From NCBI GenBank assembly GCA_942493375.1, contig OW818698.1:5032568-5096567 (forward strand): 64,000 nt of DNA. Direction: 5' to 3'. Within the stretch, counting starts at the first letter, position 1. The number at the start of each line of letters is the position of its first letter. Below are positions 41,111 to 52,000 of the stretch, in pieces. Origin of the DNA: Abditibacteriota bacterium. GTDB taxonomy: Bacteria; Armatimonadota; UBA5829. The notes under the pieces were generated by a model, which was not told where the DNA came from, ran no database searches, and saw only the letters and a list, made by a program, of their open reading frames with translations. Both the position numbers and the translations under genes were made by a program.

Positions 41111-42538
41111 GTGAATAGACTTTTTGCAGTTTTGATTCTACTTGTTTTTTCGATTCCGGCTTTTACCGCACCGGATAGTGTTGCTCTTACTGTCTATAAT
41201 GATAATTTTGCCCTGGTAAAGGAAAGTAGAACAATCAAGCTTGATAAAGGCATTACCCCGATCAATATGGAAGATGTCGCATCCGGAATAGACCCGACAA
41301 GCATACTATTCAAGTCTCTGACTGCTCCGAATGGTGTTTCTATATTGGAGCAGAACTATCAGTATGATCTTATTAATCCAGAAAATATACTGAATAAGTC
41401 TATTGGACAAAGATTGACATTCACGAACTATGATCAATCAGGAAAGCCTTATACTACATCCGGAGTGTTGTTGAACCAGATGAAATATGGTGATGGTGTT
41501 ATCAAAACTGATGATGGAAAAGTGGTTCTAAGAGCTTCCGGGCAGATATCACTAGAGAAGATGCCGGAAGGATTGAAATCCAAGCCAACAATAAACTGGT
41601 TGATATCCACCGAACAACCTGGAGAGCACAAGACTGAATTAAGCTATATAACCTCAGGGCTCAAATGGAATGCAGATTATGTTGCTTTAGTAAATGCTGA
41701 TGACACAAAGGCTGATATATCCGGTTGGGTGACAATGAACAACCAGAGCGGTGCAACATATAATAATGCAAAACTCTCACTGATTGCAGGTGATGTAAGA
41801 AGAGTGCGAGAGAACAACAGTATAAGGGCATATGATCTTGATAGTTCATTGTTGGACAAATCCAATAGATCACAATTTCAGGAGAGTTCTTTCTTTGAGT
41901 ATCATATGTATAAGATGGATAGGCCGACAACAATTGCGGACAAGGAGACGAAGCAACTTTCACTACTCAATGCTTCCGGAGCATCGGTAACAAAAGAGTT
42001 GATTTATGATGGGCGAGGTGCCTGGTTTCGGAGGTGGTATTATCCGGGCAGAACTGGGGAACCCGGTGCGGGATCAGATACCTCGACTTATCATAAAGTG
42101 AATGTTGTCATGGTTCTAAATAATTCTAAAGACAATAATATGGGGATACCTCTCCCCAAGGGTAAAGTCAGGGTCTACAAACTGGATCAGGATGGCAGCC
42201 AACAGTTTGTGGGTGAAGATATAATAGACCATACCCCTAAAGACGAAAAAATAAGGTTGTATATCGGAGATACATTTGACGTAATTGGCGAATACAAGAG
42301 GACTAACTATTCAAAAATCTCGGCAAGTGTTATCGAGGAATCATTTGAAGTAGTAATCAAAAACCATAAAGAGACATCTGTCGACGTTAGAGTAATCGAT
42401 CATGCATGGGGAGACTGGAAGATAACTCAGTCGAATACAAATAGCATCAAAAAAGATGCAACAACAATAGAGCTTCCTGTCAGTATTCCAGCCAACAGTG
42501 AGAAAATAGTTACCTATACGATAAGGGTAACTTGGTAA
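41111..42538 (+). CDS. Secreted DUF4139/DUF4140-family protein (TIGR02231-like, 'mucoidy inhibitor MuiA' family).
   Basis: GTG start after ggagga. Signal peptide. LKWNADYVALVN...ISGWVTMNNQSG pattern. Confidence 0.5.
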   Translation: MNRLFAVLILLVFSIPAFTAPDSVALTVYNDNFALVKESRTIKLDKGITPINMEDVASGIDPTSILFKSLTAPNGVSILEQNYQYDLINPENILNKSIGQRLTFTNYDQSGKPYTTSGVLLNQMKYGDGVIKTDDGKVVLRASGQISLEKMPEGLKSKPTINWLISTEQPGEHKTELSYITSGLKWNADYVALVNADDTKADISGWVTMNNQSGATYNNAKLSLIAGDVRRVRENNSIRAYDLDSSLLDKSNRSQFQESSFFEYHMYKMDRPTTIADKETKQLSLLNASGASVTKELIYDGRGAWFRRWYYPGRTGEPGAGSDTSTYHKVNVVMVLNNSKDNNMGIPLPKGKVRVYKLDQDGSQQFVGEDIIDHTPKDEKIRLYIGDTFDVIGEYKRTNYSKISASVIEESFEVVIKNHKETSVDVRVIDHAWGDWKITQSNTNSIKKDATTIELPVSIPANSEKIVTYTIRVTW

Positions 42539-42618
42539 TCCGTGGTGCAATTACAATCGTAAGCAAATCAGCAGTAACGGCAGTTATGTGTGATACAGAT
42601 GTTTTTGGATAACTTTCT

Positions 42619-43767
42619 TTGGAGCAAATAATGCAAACCCGTAATCTCTTAAAATCTGCTGGTGTTCTTTCGTTATTATTAATATTTGCTGCGGTTCCGG
42701 CACATGCCAATGCCGGGACTCCATTGATGTGGTTTACTTCATTTCATTTGTTACTGGGGAATGCAATAATTGGGGTTATAGAGGGTAGAATACTTGCCCG
42801 CTGGTGGAAGCTGCCGAAGATATCCGAATGCGGATGGATGATTGCTGCCAACTATGTCTCGGCTTTTTGCGGGGTGTTTGTATTAGGTTACTATCTTGAA
42901 GTTCATAATATCTTCGCGGACCATGGCAACATACCATTCTCCCGGATACCTGAAGCTTTGATACTCATTGTTATCAGCTTATACATTTTGACAGTTGTAA
43001 TTGAGTGGCCGTTTGTGCATTTTTCTGTTAAAAAAGCCGGAGCGTCGTTCGATCGTCTTTGGCTGAAGACTCTCTCATCCTCAGCTCTCGTCAATATTAT
43101 CTCATATACTGGTCTAATAATCCTGTACTTGCTCAATGGAAATATTAGCCTTTTGACCAAGACTACTTATGATGCTTCAGCATCGTTTTTAGAAGGGCGG
43201 CCGGGGCATATATATTACTTCGACCAGAGCAAAGACGCAGTTTGCAAGATGACACTTACCGGCAAACAGGAACCATTTTCTGTACATACTACTTTCAACG
43301 GTGATACAATGTGGCACTATATATTCGCACGTCCAAATAAGACAACGCTATTATGGGACCTGTGCGTAATGGATAAGGAATGGGATACTTCAACAGTTCT
43401 CGTTAAAAGCTTTTCAAAAGCTGCGACTGACGTGTTCAACGGCTATGACGGCATAAAGCATCAAAACTCCACTAATAGAAATTCCTGGTATGCAATGGAT
43501 TTTCGTAAACATTCTGATATGAAATATACAGTAAGGGTGGGATTCTGGGATGCAGAAGGACTTACAGTTACTGATAAGAAATCGAACAGGTCGACAACCT
43601 ATGCACTGGAAAGCAGTATCCTGCGTGCTACCTGCCGTCGTGCGACTGTTCTGCCCGGTGACATAGTCATATGGGACCTGGGTGGACGAATAATGGCAAT
43701 GGACTTGAACAATAAACACATTACCCAACTGGCACACGGAAGATCACCGGTTGTGACTCTAGACTAA
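42619..43767 (+). CDS. Hypothetical membrane protein with a C-terminal soluble domain.
   Basis: Length 382 aa. Signal or transmembrane segments at the N-terminus. Confidence 0.45.
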   Translation: MEQIMQTRNLLKSAGVLSLLLIFAAVPAHANAGTPLMWFTSFHLLLGNAIIGVIEGRILARWWKLPKISECGWMIAANYVSAFCGVFVLGYYLEVHNIFADHGNIPFSRIPEALILIVISLYILTVVIEWPFVHFSVKKAGASFDRLWLKTLSSSALVNIISYTGLIILYLLNGNISLLTKTTYDASASFLEGRPGHIYYFDQSKDAVCKMTLTGKQEPFSVHTTFNGDTMWHYIFARPNKTTLLWDLCVMDKEWDTSTVLVKSFSKAATDVFNGYDGIKHQNSTNRNSWYAMDFRKHSDMKYTVRVGFWDAEGLTVTDKKSNRSTTYALESSILRATCRRATVLPGDIVIWDLGGRIMAMDLNNKHITQLAHGRSPVVTLD

Positions 43768-43838
43768 GGAGTTGCGATATAAACAAATCTGGCGATGTTT
43801 GCAATCAATCTCAAAATGTCGTATCACTGATACGACAA

Positions 43839-44582
43839 TTGAGTTGGACACATTTTATAGCATTGATCCCACTAAACTCCCCGCTGCAGCGCGATTTCTA
43901 TGCTGAGATGTGCCGTATTGAACACTGGAGCGTTCGCACGCTTCGCCAAAAAATCGCTTCAATGCTCTATGAACGCACAGCTTTGTCGAAAAAATCCGAA
44001 GAACTGGCCCGTATCGAACTCGATTCCCTGCGTGAAGAAGATAAACTAAGCCCTGATCTTATCTTCCGCGATCCCTATGTTCTTGATTTTCTTGGATTGA
44101 ATGATGTGTTTCAGGAAAAAGACCTGGAAGCTGCAATCATTCGCGAAATGGAGTCTTTTATACTGGAACTTGGTGTGGGTTTCTGTTTTGTTGCCAGGCA
44201 GAAACGCATAACGGTAGATGATGACGACTTTTATCTCGACCTTCTCTTCTTCCACCGAAACCTGCGGCGTCTGGTCGCCATCGAATTAAAATTAGATAAG
44301 TTCCGACCAGAGCACAAAGGACAAATGGAACTCTATCTACGCTGGTTGGATAAATATGAGCGCAATGAAGGCGAGGATTCACCCATTGGCTTGATCCTTT
44401 GTGCGGGTAAAAAGCAAGAACAGATCGAACTGCTGGAACTCGTCCATTCAGACATTCATGTCGCAGAATACCTTACTGCACTTCCACCAAAGGAATTACT
44501 CCAGGAGAAACTTCAAAAAGCCATTGCACTCGCCCGTAAAATGCAAGCTGAACGGACAAACGCGCAAGATGATGCAAGGTGA
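43839..44582 (+). CDS. DUF1016/YhcG-family PD-(D/E)XK nuclease, apparently N-terminally truncated.
   Basis: C-terminal YLTALPPKELLQEKL and the preceding block are typical of YhcG. At 247 aa it is shorter than the usual ~340 aa. Confidence 0.5.
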   Translation: MSWTHFIALIPLNSPLQRDFYAEMCRIEHWSVRTLRQKIASMLYERTALSKKSEELARIELDSLREEDKLSPDLIFRDPYVLDFLGLNDVFQEKDLEAAIIREMESFILELGVGFCFVARQKRITVDDDDFYLDLLFFHRNLRRLVAIELKLDKFRPEHKGQMELYLRWLDKYERNEGEDSPIGLILCAGKKQEQIELLELVHSDIHVAEYLTALPPKELLQEKLQKAIALARKMQAERTNAQDDAR

Positions 44583-44809
44583 TTTGCAGTTTAACACGAA
44601 CAAAAACAATCCATCAAACATAAAGGCAGGTAGTATTGCAATATATTGTTTTAGCCATAAAATGCCGAACTGTTGTTTTTATCCCACTTAGGGCCCTGTT
44701 TCTTTAGTTTTTGAATTGACAATATCCTAACGTCAGCGCAAAATACACGAAATTTTGAGGTATACTGTATCAATCAACACGATGTCCCACAAGAAAGACC
44801 AATAGCTGT

Positions 44810-45250
44810 TTGCAAATCTGGATACCAGAGGTGATAAAAATGCGTATTGGATCAAAGATCATAGCCTGTTGCTGGTTAGTATATGCATTAATACCTGTAT
44901 ACTACATTATATTTCAAAATAATGGATCTGCGCGAGGGGATTTTCTTTTGATTGAGCTGGTCACTATAATTCTGACTGCGCTGATACCCGCAGCTGCATC
45001 CATAGCTATCTGGCTTGGACATGTATGGGGATTGTGGGTGTTGGTCGCTTACTCCGGGCTTGGAGGTTTTCTACATATTTTTACGGCATGGAATCTGTAT
45101 AACTCACCACGGGATGCAAGTTGTATGGATCCTTTTGGTTTCGATCCAACGGAGGGCATATATTTCAATCTTGCAACTGCCAGTCTGATGTTGATAGGCC
45201 TGATCGTGCTGCTTTTAAGCAGACCCAAACCAGCCCATTTAGCCCGATAA
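44810..45250 (+). CDS. Small hypothetical membrane protein.
   Basis: Four hydrophobic helices. Confidence 0.4.
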   Translation: MQIWIPEVIKMRIGSKIIACCWLVYALIPVYYIIFQNNGSARGDFLLIELVTIILTALIPAAASIAIWLGHVWGLWVLVAYSGLGGFLHIFTAWNLYNSPRDASCMDPFGFDPTEGIYFNLATASLMLIGLIVLLLSRPKPAHLAR

Positions 45251-45324
45251 CTATATATTCTTGCTCTTGCCAATTCCCTGCTGGGGTGCAGTAATTAGCT
45301 GCACCCAGGTAAGTTGCAGCGAAA

Positions 45325-48267
45325 CTATTCGTAAATCCCCAACTCACTGATCTCCGGATAGTCCCATCCCTTGTGACTCTTGCGCTGGGTGACGACTACT
45401 ATGCGCAGTTTGTCGGTTGTTACCTTTTCACCGGAATACTCGACTTTCTGCAGAAGCTGGTTTCGCCACTGGTGGATTGTCTTCCAATCACCATCTTTCC
45501 AGATTTGCAGGTCAGCATCTTTGATGGTCGGGGTGATCATCTCCACACGGCTGAATGTCACAGGCTCCTTGAATACTATCTGACAGTAACCCCGTTCTGC
45601 ATAGACAGGAAGCCAACCGGCTGCATCGTTAGCACCGTCTGCCAGGTCATCATCGCTGCTGAAGTCTGTTCCGAAATCACCAGCAGCCCATTTGATCTTC
45701 TTGTTTGCCAGTAGATTGCCGGCTTTTACCGGTCGATCAAGTGCCGATGCAATCTCCTGCGTGATCTCATCGACAGTCTTCAGATTAGGCAGCACTTCGC
45801 AGCTGGTGTAGAGGTGCGCGCCGATACCTTCAAAGGTATCAGTGAACTTGCCATTAACCACCGGAATCACCCGGTTTTCACGCACGACCAGAAGATGGGT
45901 AACATTGTCCTTTGCCAGCGCTGGGATATCGAATGTTGCAGTCTTTGCATCATAACTCTGGTTGGCGGTAATGATGTATGTCTGTGCATTTTCAGATAAC
46001 TTTACATGTTTTGCGAGGACATCGACATCGGGATTGTCGCTCTTTGCTTCGGTCGCAGAGTCACGCTCAAGCCATGCAGGGGCCAGCAGTGTAAGGTCTT
46101 CAAAGATATAGTCCATCGCAATGCGGTTTTCCAGATGGTTCCAGTAGCCATTGAATATGAACGGCACAATCCCCTTGGCTCCGGTGGCCATTGAGGCGTA
46201 AACGAACCAGCGGGATTCCTTGAATGTTGGGTTCTGGCCTCGTGCACCGCCGTAACTGAATGTCTGCGGCATTGCCCACATAGCCTTGCTGCCATCGTTT
46301 GCTGCGCAGCCATCGACCATATTGTTGTGGATAGACCGCATCGGGCTTCCAAAAGAGCGATTCCCTTCCTCATCCAGCATTGGGCTCATGTAAGGATGCG
46401 GACACATGACATCACATGCCTGCATATACTCCACCGGAGAGCGCGAAACTATCTTACAGAACCTGTATGGGTCTTGCTGCGCAAGAAAATCGTAAACGCT
46501 CTGCAAAAAGACCGGTGAAAGTCCACGGCACTCCGGTTCGTCCGAAGTGTAGTAGCCTATCACATTGCGGTTCATTCTCGTTTTCGCTATTACCTCGCGG
46601 AACTTGGCTTTGAGCTGATCATCTATTGGCTGATCGAGTTTTGCCTTAGCCTCATCAATCTCTCTCGAAACATCAACAAGGGTATACAGCCCCATATTGC
46701 TGGTTTCATAATTGCTGGCACCCATCATGAAGTTGGTGGAGTGGGGGAGTTGTGCTATCGGGAATGATGAGTTTCCGACCATATAAGCCATAGAACCATA
46801 CCACCCGCGGATAAAGACCGGACTGCCGTTTATAATCAGATTACCTTGATCATCGATCCGTGACTCAATGGCAGGAGCTGAAGCCAGTTTGCGCAGAGAT
46901 ACTTCTTTTGCGAATAGAACATCGAATTTTGCTCCATTCGGTTTGGGATTTGCGACGGGCTGCAGCACTTCAGCAAGTAATACATAACTTCCTTCGGGCA
47001 GGTCTGCTGCCGGAAGCTCGAAGGAAACTGTTGTGTCATTTATCTGAGATTCTGTCATCTTCGAGGGTATCAGCGAAGAGGATAGCGTGACGCGTGCAGT
47101 AGCGCCTTTCACTTTCTCCAGAGGCATACCGAGTGAGATGTTGCCTTTGATAGTGTTGATAGTCTGGGTGGCATAAATAGTGTTCCGATAGTTTGGCTGG
47201 GTGACTTTCACGGTAATAGGAGTGTAACTGAGCCAGGAGTCAAACCGGGTAACCAGCGCCGGGATTTTGTTCTGCATTGCCCGGAAGATGACCGGCCACT
47301 TGCCTTCTTCTTTTACAAAAGCTTCAGGGAGTGTGATCCGCGTCTTGCTATTTGCATCCAATTTCAAAGGCATCTCGCAGCCTTTCGCGCCCGGGACAGC
47401 AATCTCCATCGACAGCGTACCATCGAACACTTTGTCACCGCGATTTTCAACCATCAGCGACGGAATCACAGTAAAGCCGACATCTTTGGGTTCCAGCCGG
47501 AAAGCAGGAGATTCGGCATACAGATTGTATCTGGATTTATCTATCTTAATGCCTTCCAGATATCCGTAGTTCTTGATGTTGTTATATCCATATCCGGGGC
47601 TGTATTGCGAGTAGTAGTTGTTGGGAGTGACCGAGCGTGTGCGTGACATTGAAAAAACCCATCGGTCAGCCCACATTTTCGACGGACGGTTGTGGAACAG
47701 TGCGAAGGGGATGGCTATCTCAACTGACCAGAAATCCTTGCCGATGAAGGTCGCTGTTTTCCAGTCAGAAGACCATCCGGCTTTGCCTGTATTCCCGCCT
47801 TCTATCATGTAAAGGTCTACTTTTGTCCCTTCGGAGTTTACTGTCAGCTGGTAATACTGGTCCCGGTCACCAACAGGATCAACGAAAAGTTCAACATCGT
47901 CATCCGACCACATCGCTGCATCGTGTATGCGTGCTGCCTCAACTACTAGCTTGGATGGATTAGGTTCGTTGCAGCGGATGCCAAAGTAGAGGTTCTCGTC
48001 GTCATAAAGCACTCGAAAGGAGGTCTGTGTCTCCTGTGGGATAGGTTTGCGTTCACCGGCTCCCAAAAGTGTCTCAAACCCGGTCTGCAGTGGAGCTTTA
48101 TCCCAAGCCTTTTCATCGATCTTTCCATCAATGACCAGTTTTCCCTGCAGCTTAGCAGCAACCGCAGATTTCATAGGCCCGGGAGGATCAGCAGCAAAAG
48201 CAGGAAACACTGACAATACATACATCACCAGCGACAACAGCAACAGCAACCTGACAGCAAATCTCAT
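45325..48267 (-). CDS. Large secreted protein with an N-terminal CBM9-like carbohydrate-binding domain, putative glycoside hydrolase.
   Basis: Start moved to MRFAVRLLLLLSLVMYVLSVFPAFA (RBS aaggagag). DGKIDEKAWDKAP...LYFGIRC is CBM9-like. Confidence 0.55.
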   Translation of the reverse strand: MRFAVRLLLLLSLVMYVLSVFPAFAADPPGPMKSAVAAKLQGKLVIDGKIDEKAWDKAPLQTGFETLLGAGERKPIPQETQTSFRVLYDDENLYFGIRCNEPNPSKLVVEAARIHDAAMWSDDDVELFVDPVGDRDQYYQLTVNSEGTKVDLYMIEGGNTGKAGWSSDWKTATFIGKDFWSVEIAIPFALFHNRPSKMWADRWVFSMSRTRSVTPNNYYSQYSPGYGYNNIKNYGYLEGIKIDKSRYNLYAESPAFRLEPKDVGFTVIPSLMVENRGDKVFDGTLSMEIAVPGAKGCEMPLKLDANSKTRITLPEAFVKEEGKWPVIFRAMQNKIPALVTRFDSWLSYTPITVKVTQPNYRNTIYATQTINTIKGNISLGMPLEKVKGATARVTLSSSLIPSKMTESQINDTTVSFELPAADLPEGSYVLLAEVLQPVANPKPNGAKFDVLFAKEVSLRKLASAPAIESRIDDQGNLIINGSPVFIRGWYGSMAYMVGNSSFPIAQLPHSTNFMMGASNYETSNMGLYTLVDVSREIDEAKAKLDQPIDDQLKAKFREVIAKTRMNRNVIGYYTSDEPECRGLSPVFLQSVYDFLAQQDPYRFCKIVSRSPVEYMQACDVMCPHPYMSPMLDEEGNRSFGSPMRSIHNNMVDGCAANDGSKAMWAMPQTFSYGGARGQNPTFKESRWFVYASMATGAKGIVPFIFNGYWNHLENRIAMDYIFEDLTLLAPAWLERDSATEAKSDNPDVDVLAKHVKLSENAQTYIITANQSYDAKTATFDIPALAKDNVTHLLVVRENRVIPVVNGKFTDTFEGIGAHLYTSCEVLPNLKTVDEITQEIASALDRPVKAGNLLANKKIKWAAGDFGTDFSSDDDLADGANDAAGWLPVYAERGYCQIVFKEPVTFSRVEMITPTIKDADLQIWKDGDWKTIHQWRNQLLQKVEYSGEKVTTDKLRIVVVTQRKSHKGWDYPEISELGIYE

Positions 48268-48763
48268 CGGAACTCTCCTTGCAAATACACCAGATATATC
48301 ATACGAGAAAACATTCGGCATTCAATGCTGTTATTGTGTAATATATGCTCCATATTGTCAATTATTGGAACCCAGAACCCAGGAGTCAGGAGACAGGAGA
48401 CAGAATCTCGTCATCCTTAACTTGATTCAGGGCCTAGAAATCCACCCACCCATTCCCCCTCGTCAGAGGGTCAGGGGGATTGATTCCCTTCACAAATCGC
48501 ATATATATGTGCTAACCGTGTGAGATGAGATGCATCGGTATCAGAGCGAAGGGGGTACAGGTTTCCGCTAACCACAACCCATCGCCCCTTAGCGCCGATG
48601 CCGATGCACAACCTCTGCCGAAGAGCCACACCAGTTCCCCCTTCTCCAAAATCTAGAGAAGTTTAGAACTCCCCCAATTTGGGCAGAAATGTATTGTTGT
48701 GAATACTATGTCTGTAAGCATATTGTTGATATACACATCAAGTGCACTATGGAGGAGATAAAA

Positions 48764-49000
48764 ATGTCTGATGACCTGCAATATGAACTATGTCCCGAGA
48801 CCGGTATAGGCTGTGTGCTGGTGAACCGTGAAGCTGGTTTGTTGAAGATAGACCTGATGCCCGATGAAGCCGCTGAGCTGAAACAATTTGTGGAAGCAGG
48901 AGACATGATAGGAGCCAAGGAACTCCTGGTCGGTATAGATTCCAAAGCCGCAGACCTCGACGATGCCGCGCTCGAAGCCCTTGCTCGAGAGGTAGTCTGA
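48764..49000 (+). CDS. Small acidic hypothetical protein (78 aa).
   Basis: ggaggag RBS 7 nt upstream of the ATG at 48764. Followed by a terminator hairpin. Confidence 0.45.
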   Translation: MSDDLQYELCPETGIGCVLVNREAGLLKIDLMPDEAAELKQFVEAGDMIGAKELLVGIDSKAADLDDAALEALAREVV

Positions 49001-49019
49001 ACTCTTTACTTCACTCTCC

Positions 49020-49050
49020 GCTCGGGTCCGATTTGCAATCGGACCCGAGC
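49020..49050. terminator. Hairpin between convergent genes.
   Basis: gctcgggtccgatt tgcaa tcggacccgagc. Confidence 0.5.
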
Positions 49051-49065
49051 AGAAAACTATTGCTA

Positions 49066-52000
49066 CTACTCTTTACATCTCTCAATAATAACCACAGCAG
49101 CGTCATCTGTCAGGTGTCCCCCACTGAAGTCCAGCGCAGTTTTGAATAGCGCTTCCAGGGTATCGGCGGGTGAGTTGCTGATGCAGTTTTCCAATAAAAG
49201 ACATATACCATCGGTGTTGAGCATGGAAGAGCTATTGTGCGATTCACTTATTCCATCGGTGTACATAACCATCTGGTCACCAGGAGCAAGATGGGATTTG
49301 TCGAGTGTATAATCACCATCATTTACAACTCCAATCGGAAATGAACCACTATTCAATAGCTCAACATCACCCGCTGACTTTTTGACCATAACCGTTGGGT
49401 GTCCTGCACTTGAGTAAGTGAATCCACCTGTTTCCGGATCAAGCACAGCCAGGAACGCTGTTGCGAACCGTTCATAAATGGGACTCTGGATTATGACTGT
49501 GTTTGCATGGTTGAGTGCCTGTGCAGGGTCTCCCATATCGTATGCAAATGCGCGGACAGTGCTCCTGGTTGCAGCGGCCATTGCTGCAGATTCTATCCCC
49601 TTGCCCGAGACATCCCCTATCAGTATGGCGGTCTTGCCATCTTCCGTTTCAAATACATCGTAAAAGTCTCCGCCAACCTGCTTACCTGCGGCGCCGGGAA
49701 TGAATCTGGTAGCTAACTGGTATCCGGGAGTTATATGCGGGTCACCAGGGAGCAGCGCCTGCTGGAGCATACTGTGATCCTCCGCTAATAATTTACGGAT
49801 TACCTCTGCATCGAGTTTTGCCTGGTGTTCAGCTTCGAGGAGACGAGAGGCTATAAGAGCCAAAGATACTGCAAGGCCCATCTTGTGAGCGCATTCTATG
49901 TCGTCATCTGCAAATTCGACGAGTTTAGCTGTGCTTACAAGTGAAAGGACTCCAAGCAATTCCTTTCCCGCTATCAAAGGTATGCCAAGGATAGATCGCA
50001 TACCATATTCGTCGCACATTTCAGAACTGATCCTGACATCTGACCTGGTATCATTTATAGCTGTGGGTTGAATCGTTTCAGAGACAAGCACATGGTATGG
50101 TGCCTGCTCTGCAGTAAACTTCAGTCCAGGGGAGAGCTTTGCTTCGTTAGAAACGTATCGCACTACCCAGAGACCATCCTCATTCACAGTGATCATGCCC
50201 AGGTCAACACCAACAGCTTCAGCAGCTTCTACCAATACAGCGTGCATGACACTATCGAAATCCATAGTGGAGCTGATTGCTACGTGGATAACATTGAGCG
50301 CCCGGCTCAAACTTTCACTCCTTAACAACGCTGTTTCCAGGTGCTTTGGTTTTGTAATATCACTGAATGTGATTACAACACCGTCAATAACATTGTCCAG
50401 GGTCATATAAGGCATGATGCGCATGATAAACCAACGCCCGTCAGTGCTCTCTACCTGGCATTCCTGTACTGAAAGCGTGTCTAGTGCACTAAGGACATCA
50501 TGCTCAATAGTGTCATATTTCAAGTTCTGAGTGATATCAGTTATCGGCCTTCCAATATCTATAGAGCGGATGTTGAAAGTTCCAACTACAGCTGGTGTAA
50601 ACATCTTGATGCGTAGGTCATTATCAAGGAATATAGTAGCGACCTGTGCGCCGTTCATCAGGTTGACTATGTCGTTTTTCAAAGCGGTTACATCGTCAAT
50701 TCTCGATTTGAGTTCCCCATTGAGTGTCATCTGCTCTTCTTTGGATGTTATCAGCTCTTCGTTGGTGCTCCGAAGCTCCTCGTTTGTTGACTGGAGTTCT
50801 TCGTTGGTCGATTTCAACTCCTCAGAAGTTGATTCCATCTCCTCCAGCGTAGTTTGCAGACGTTCTTTTGTAAACTCAAGTTGCTGTTCAAGCTCCGAGT
50901 ATCTGGCTTCAGGTTCACCTGAAAGCTGTGTGGTTATCTCTGCAACCTCAGGAGTTTCCACATCATCAAATGCTACGACGAATAACTCACTTGAACCTAC
51001 TGGCCGGGGTAATGGGCTTATAGTTACATCAACCTTCTGATAGCTGCCATTAGTCTTTACATTCAAAGCTTTGAGAAATACGATGCTTCTGTTTGCAGCT
51101 GACCTGCGTATTGCATTTGGTAGTTCCAGCTTAAGTCCTTCGCGGGCCATTGCTCCTACGTTCCAGTTTGCTTTTCCCTCAGCCGGTTCCAGATACTTAC
51201 CAGTCTTTCCACTAATTAGCACAATGTCTCCATCTGCAGCTACTACAACAGATGGAGGGGCGTATCTTTCAAGAAGCGTCTTTTGCAGCGCTTCTTTTAC
51301 ATCCATTATGGCGTATTTTTCCAGGTCCTCAAATTTTGGTGTCTCAACAAGAGGAGCACGGAATGGGATACTCATTAAGCGTGTCTGGTTTGCAGTGGTT
51401 TCTTTGCGTCTGAAGATTTTCCACTTCTTTTCGATGGTGGCAAACAACTCATCCAGGCTGCCAATGTCTTCCACCGTTCCCATAAATAGAATACCATCCG
51501 GGCTTAATGAATAATGGAAGATAGGAATGACCTTTTTCTGCAGTTCGGGGTTAAAATAAATCAACAAGTTCCTGCACGAGACCATATTCATTCTTGTAAA
51601 TGGAGGATCAGCTGTCAGGTCTTGACGTGCAAAAACTACTGTATCACGGATCAATTTCTTAACCGCGTATCCACTTTCTGTCTGGTTAAAGAATCCATGC
51701 AGGCGTTCCGGTGATATATCATTCGCAATTTTTGCCGGATAGAGTCCTTTTCGGGCTACTTCTATTGCTCGCTCGTCGATATCCGTGCCGAATATCTGCA
51801 GCTTGATTGCCGCATTTGGTCGCAATCTATCAAGACATTCACGCAGCAATATAGCCAGCGAATATGCTTCCTCGCCTGTTGAGCAAGCCGGCACCCAGAC
51901 TCGAATTGTACCTTCCAGAGGAGCGTTCTTTACCAATTCAGGGATAACCTTGTCCTGAATATAATCAAATGCTTTAGGATCCCTGAAGAACTGGGTTACT

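Noticed and set aside
44401-44691. 96 aa ORF overlapping the 3' end of the DUF1016 gene.
   Set aside because: It overlaps a better-supported gene in another frame and has a low-complexity basic composition.
45100-45140. ggtttcgatcc, a tRNA T-arm-like string.
   Set aside because: It lies inside a coding ORF and has no acceptor or anticodon-stem complementarity around it. It is not a tRNA.
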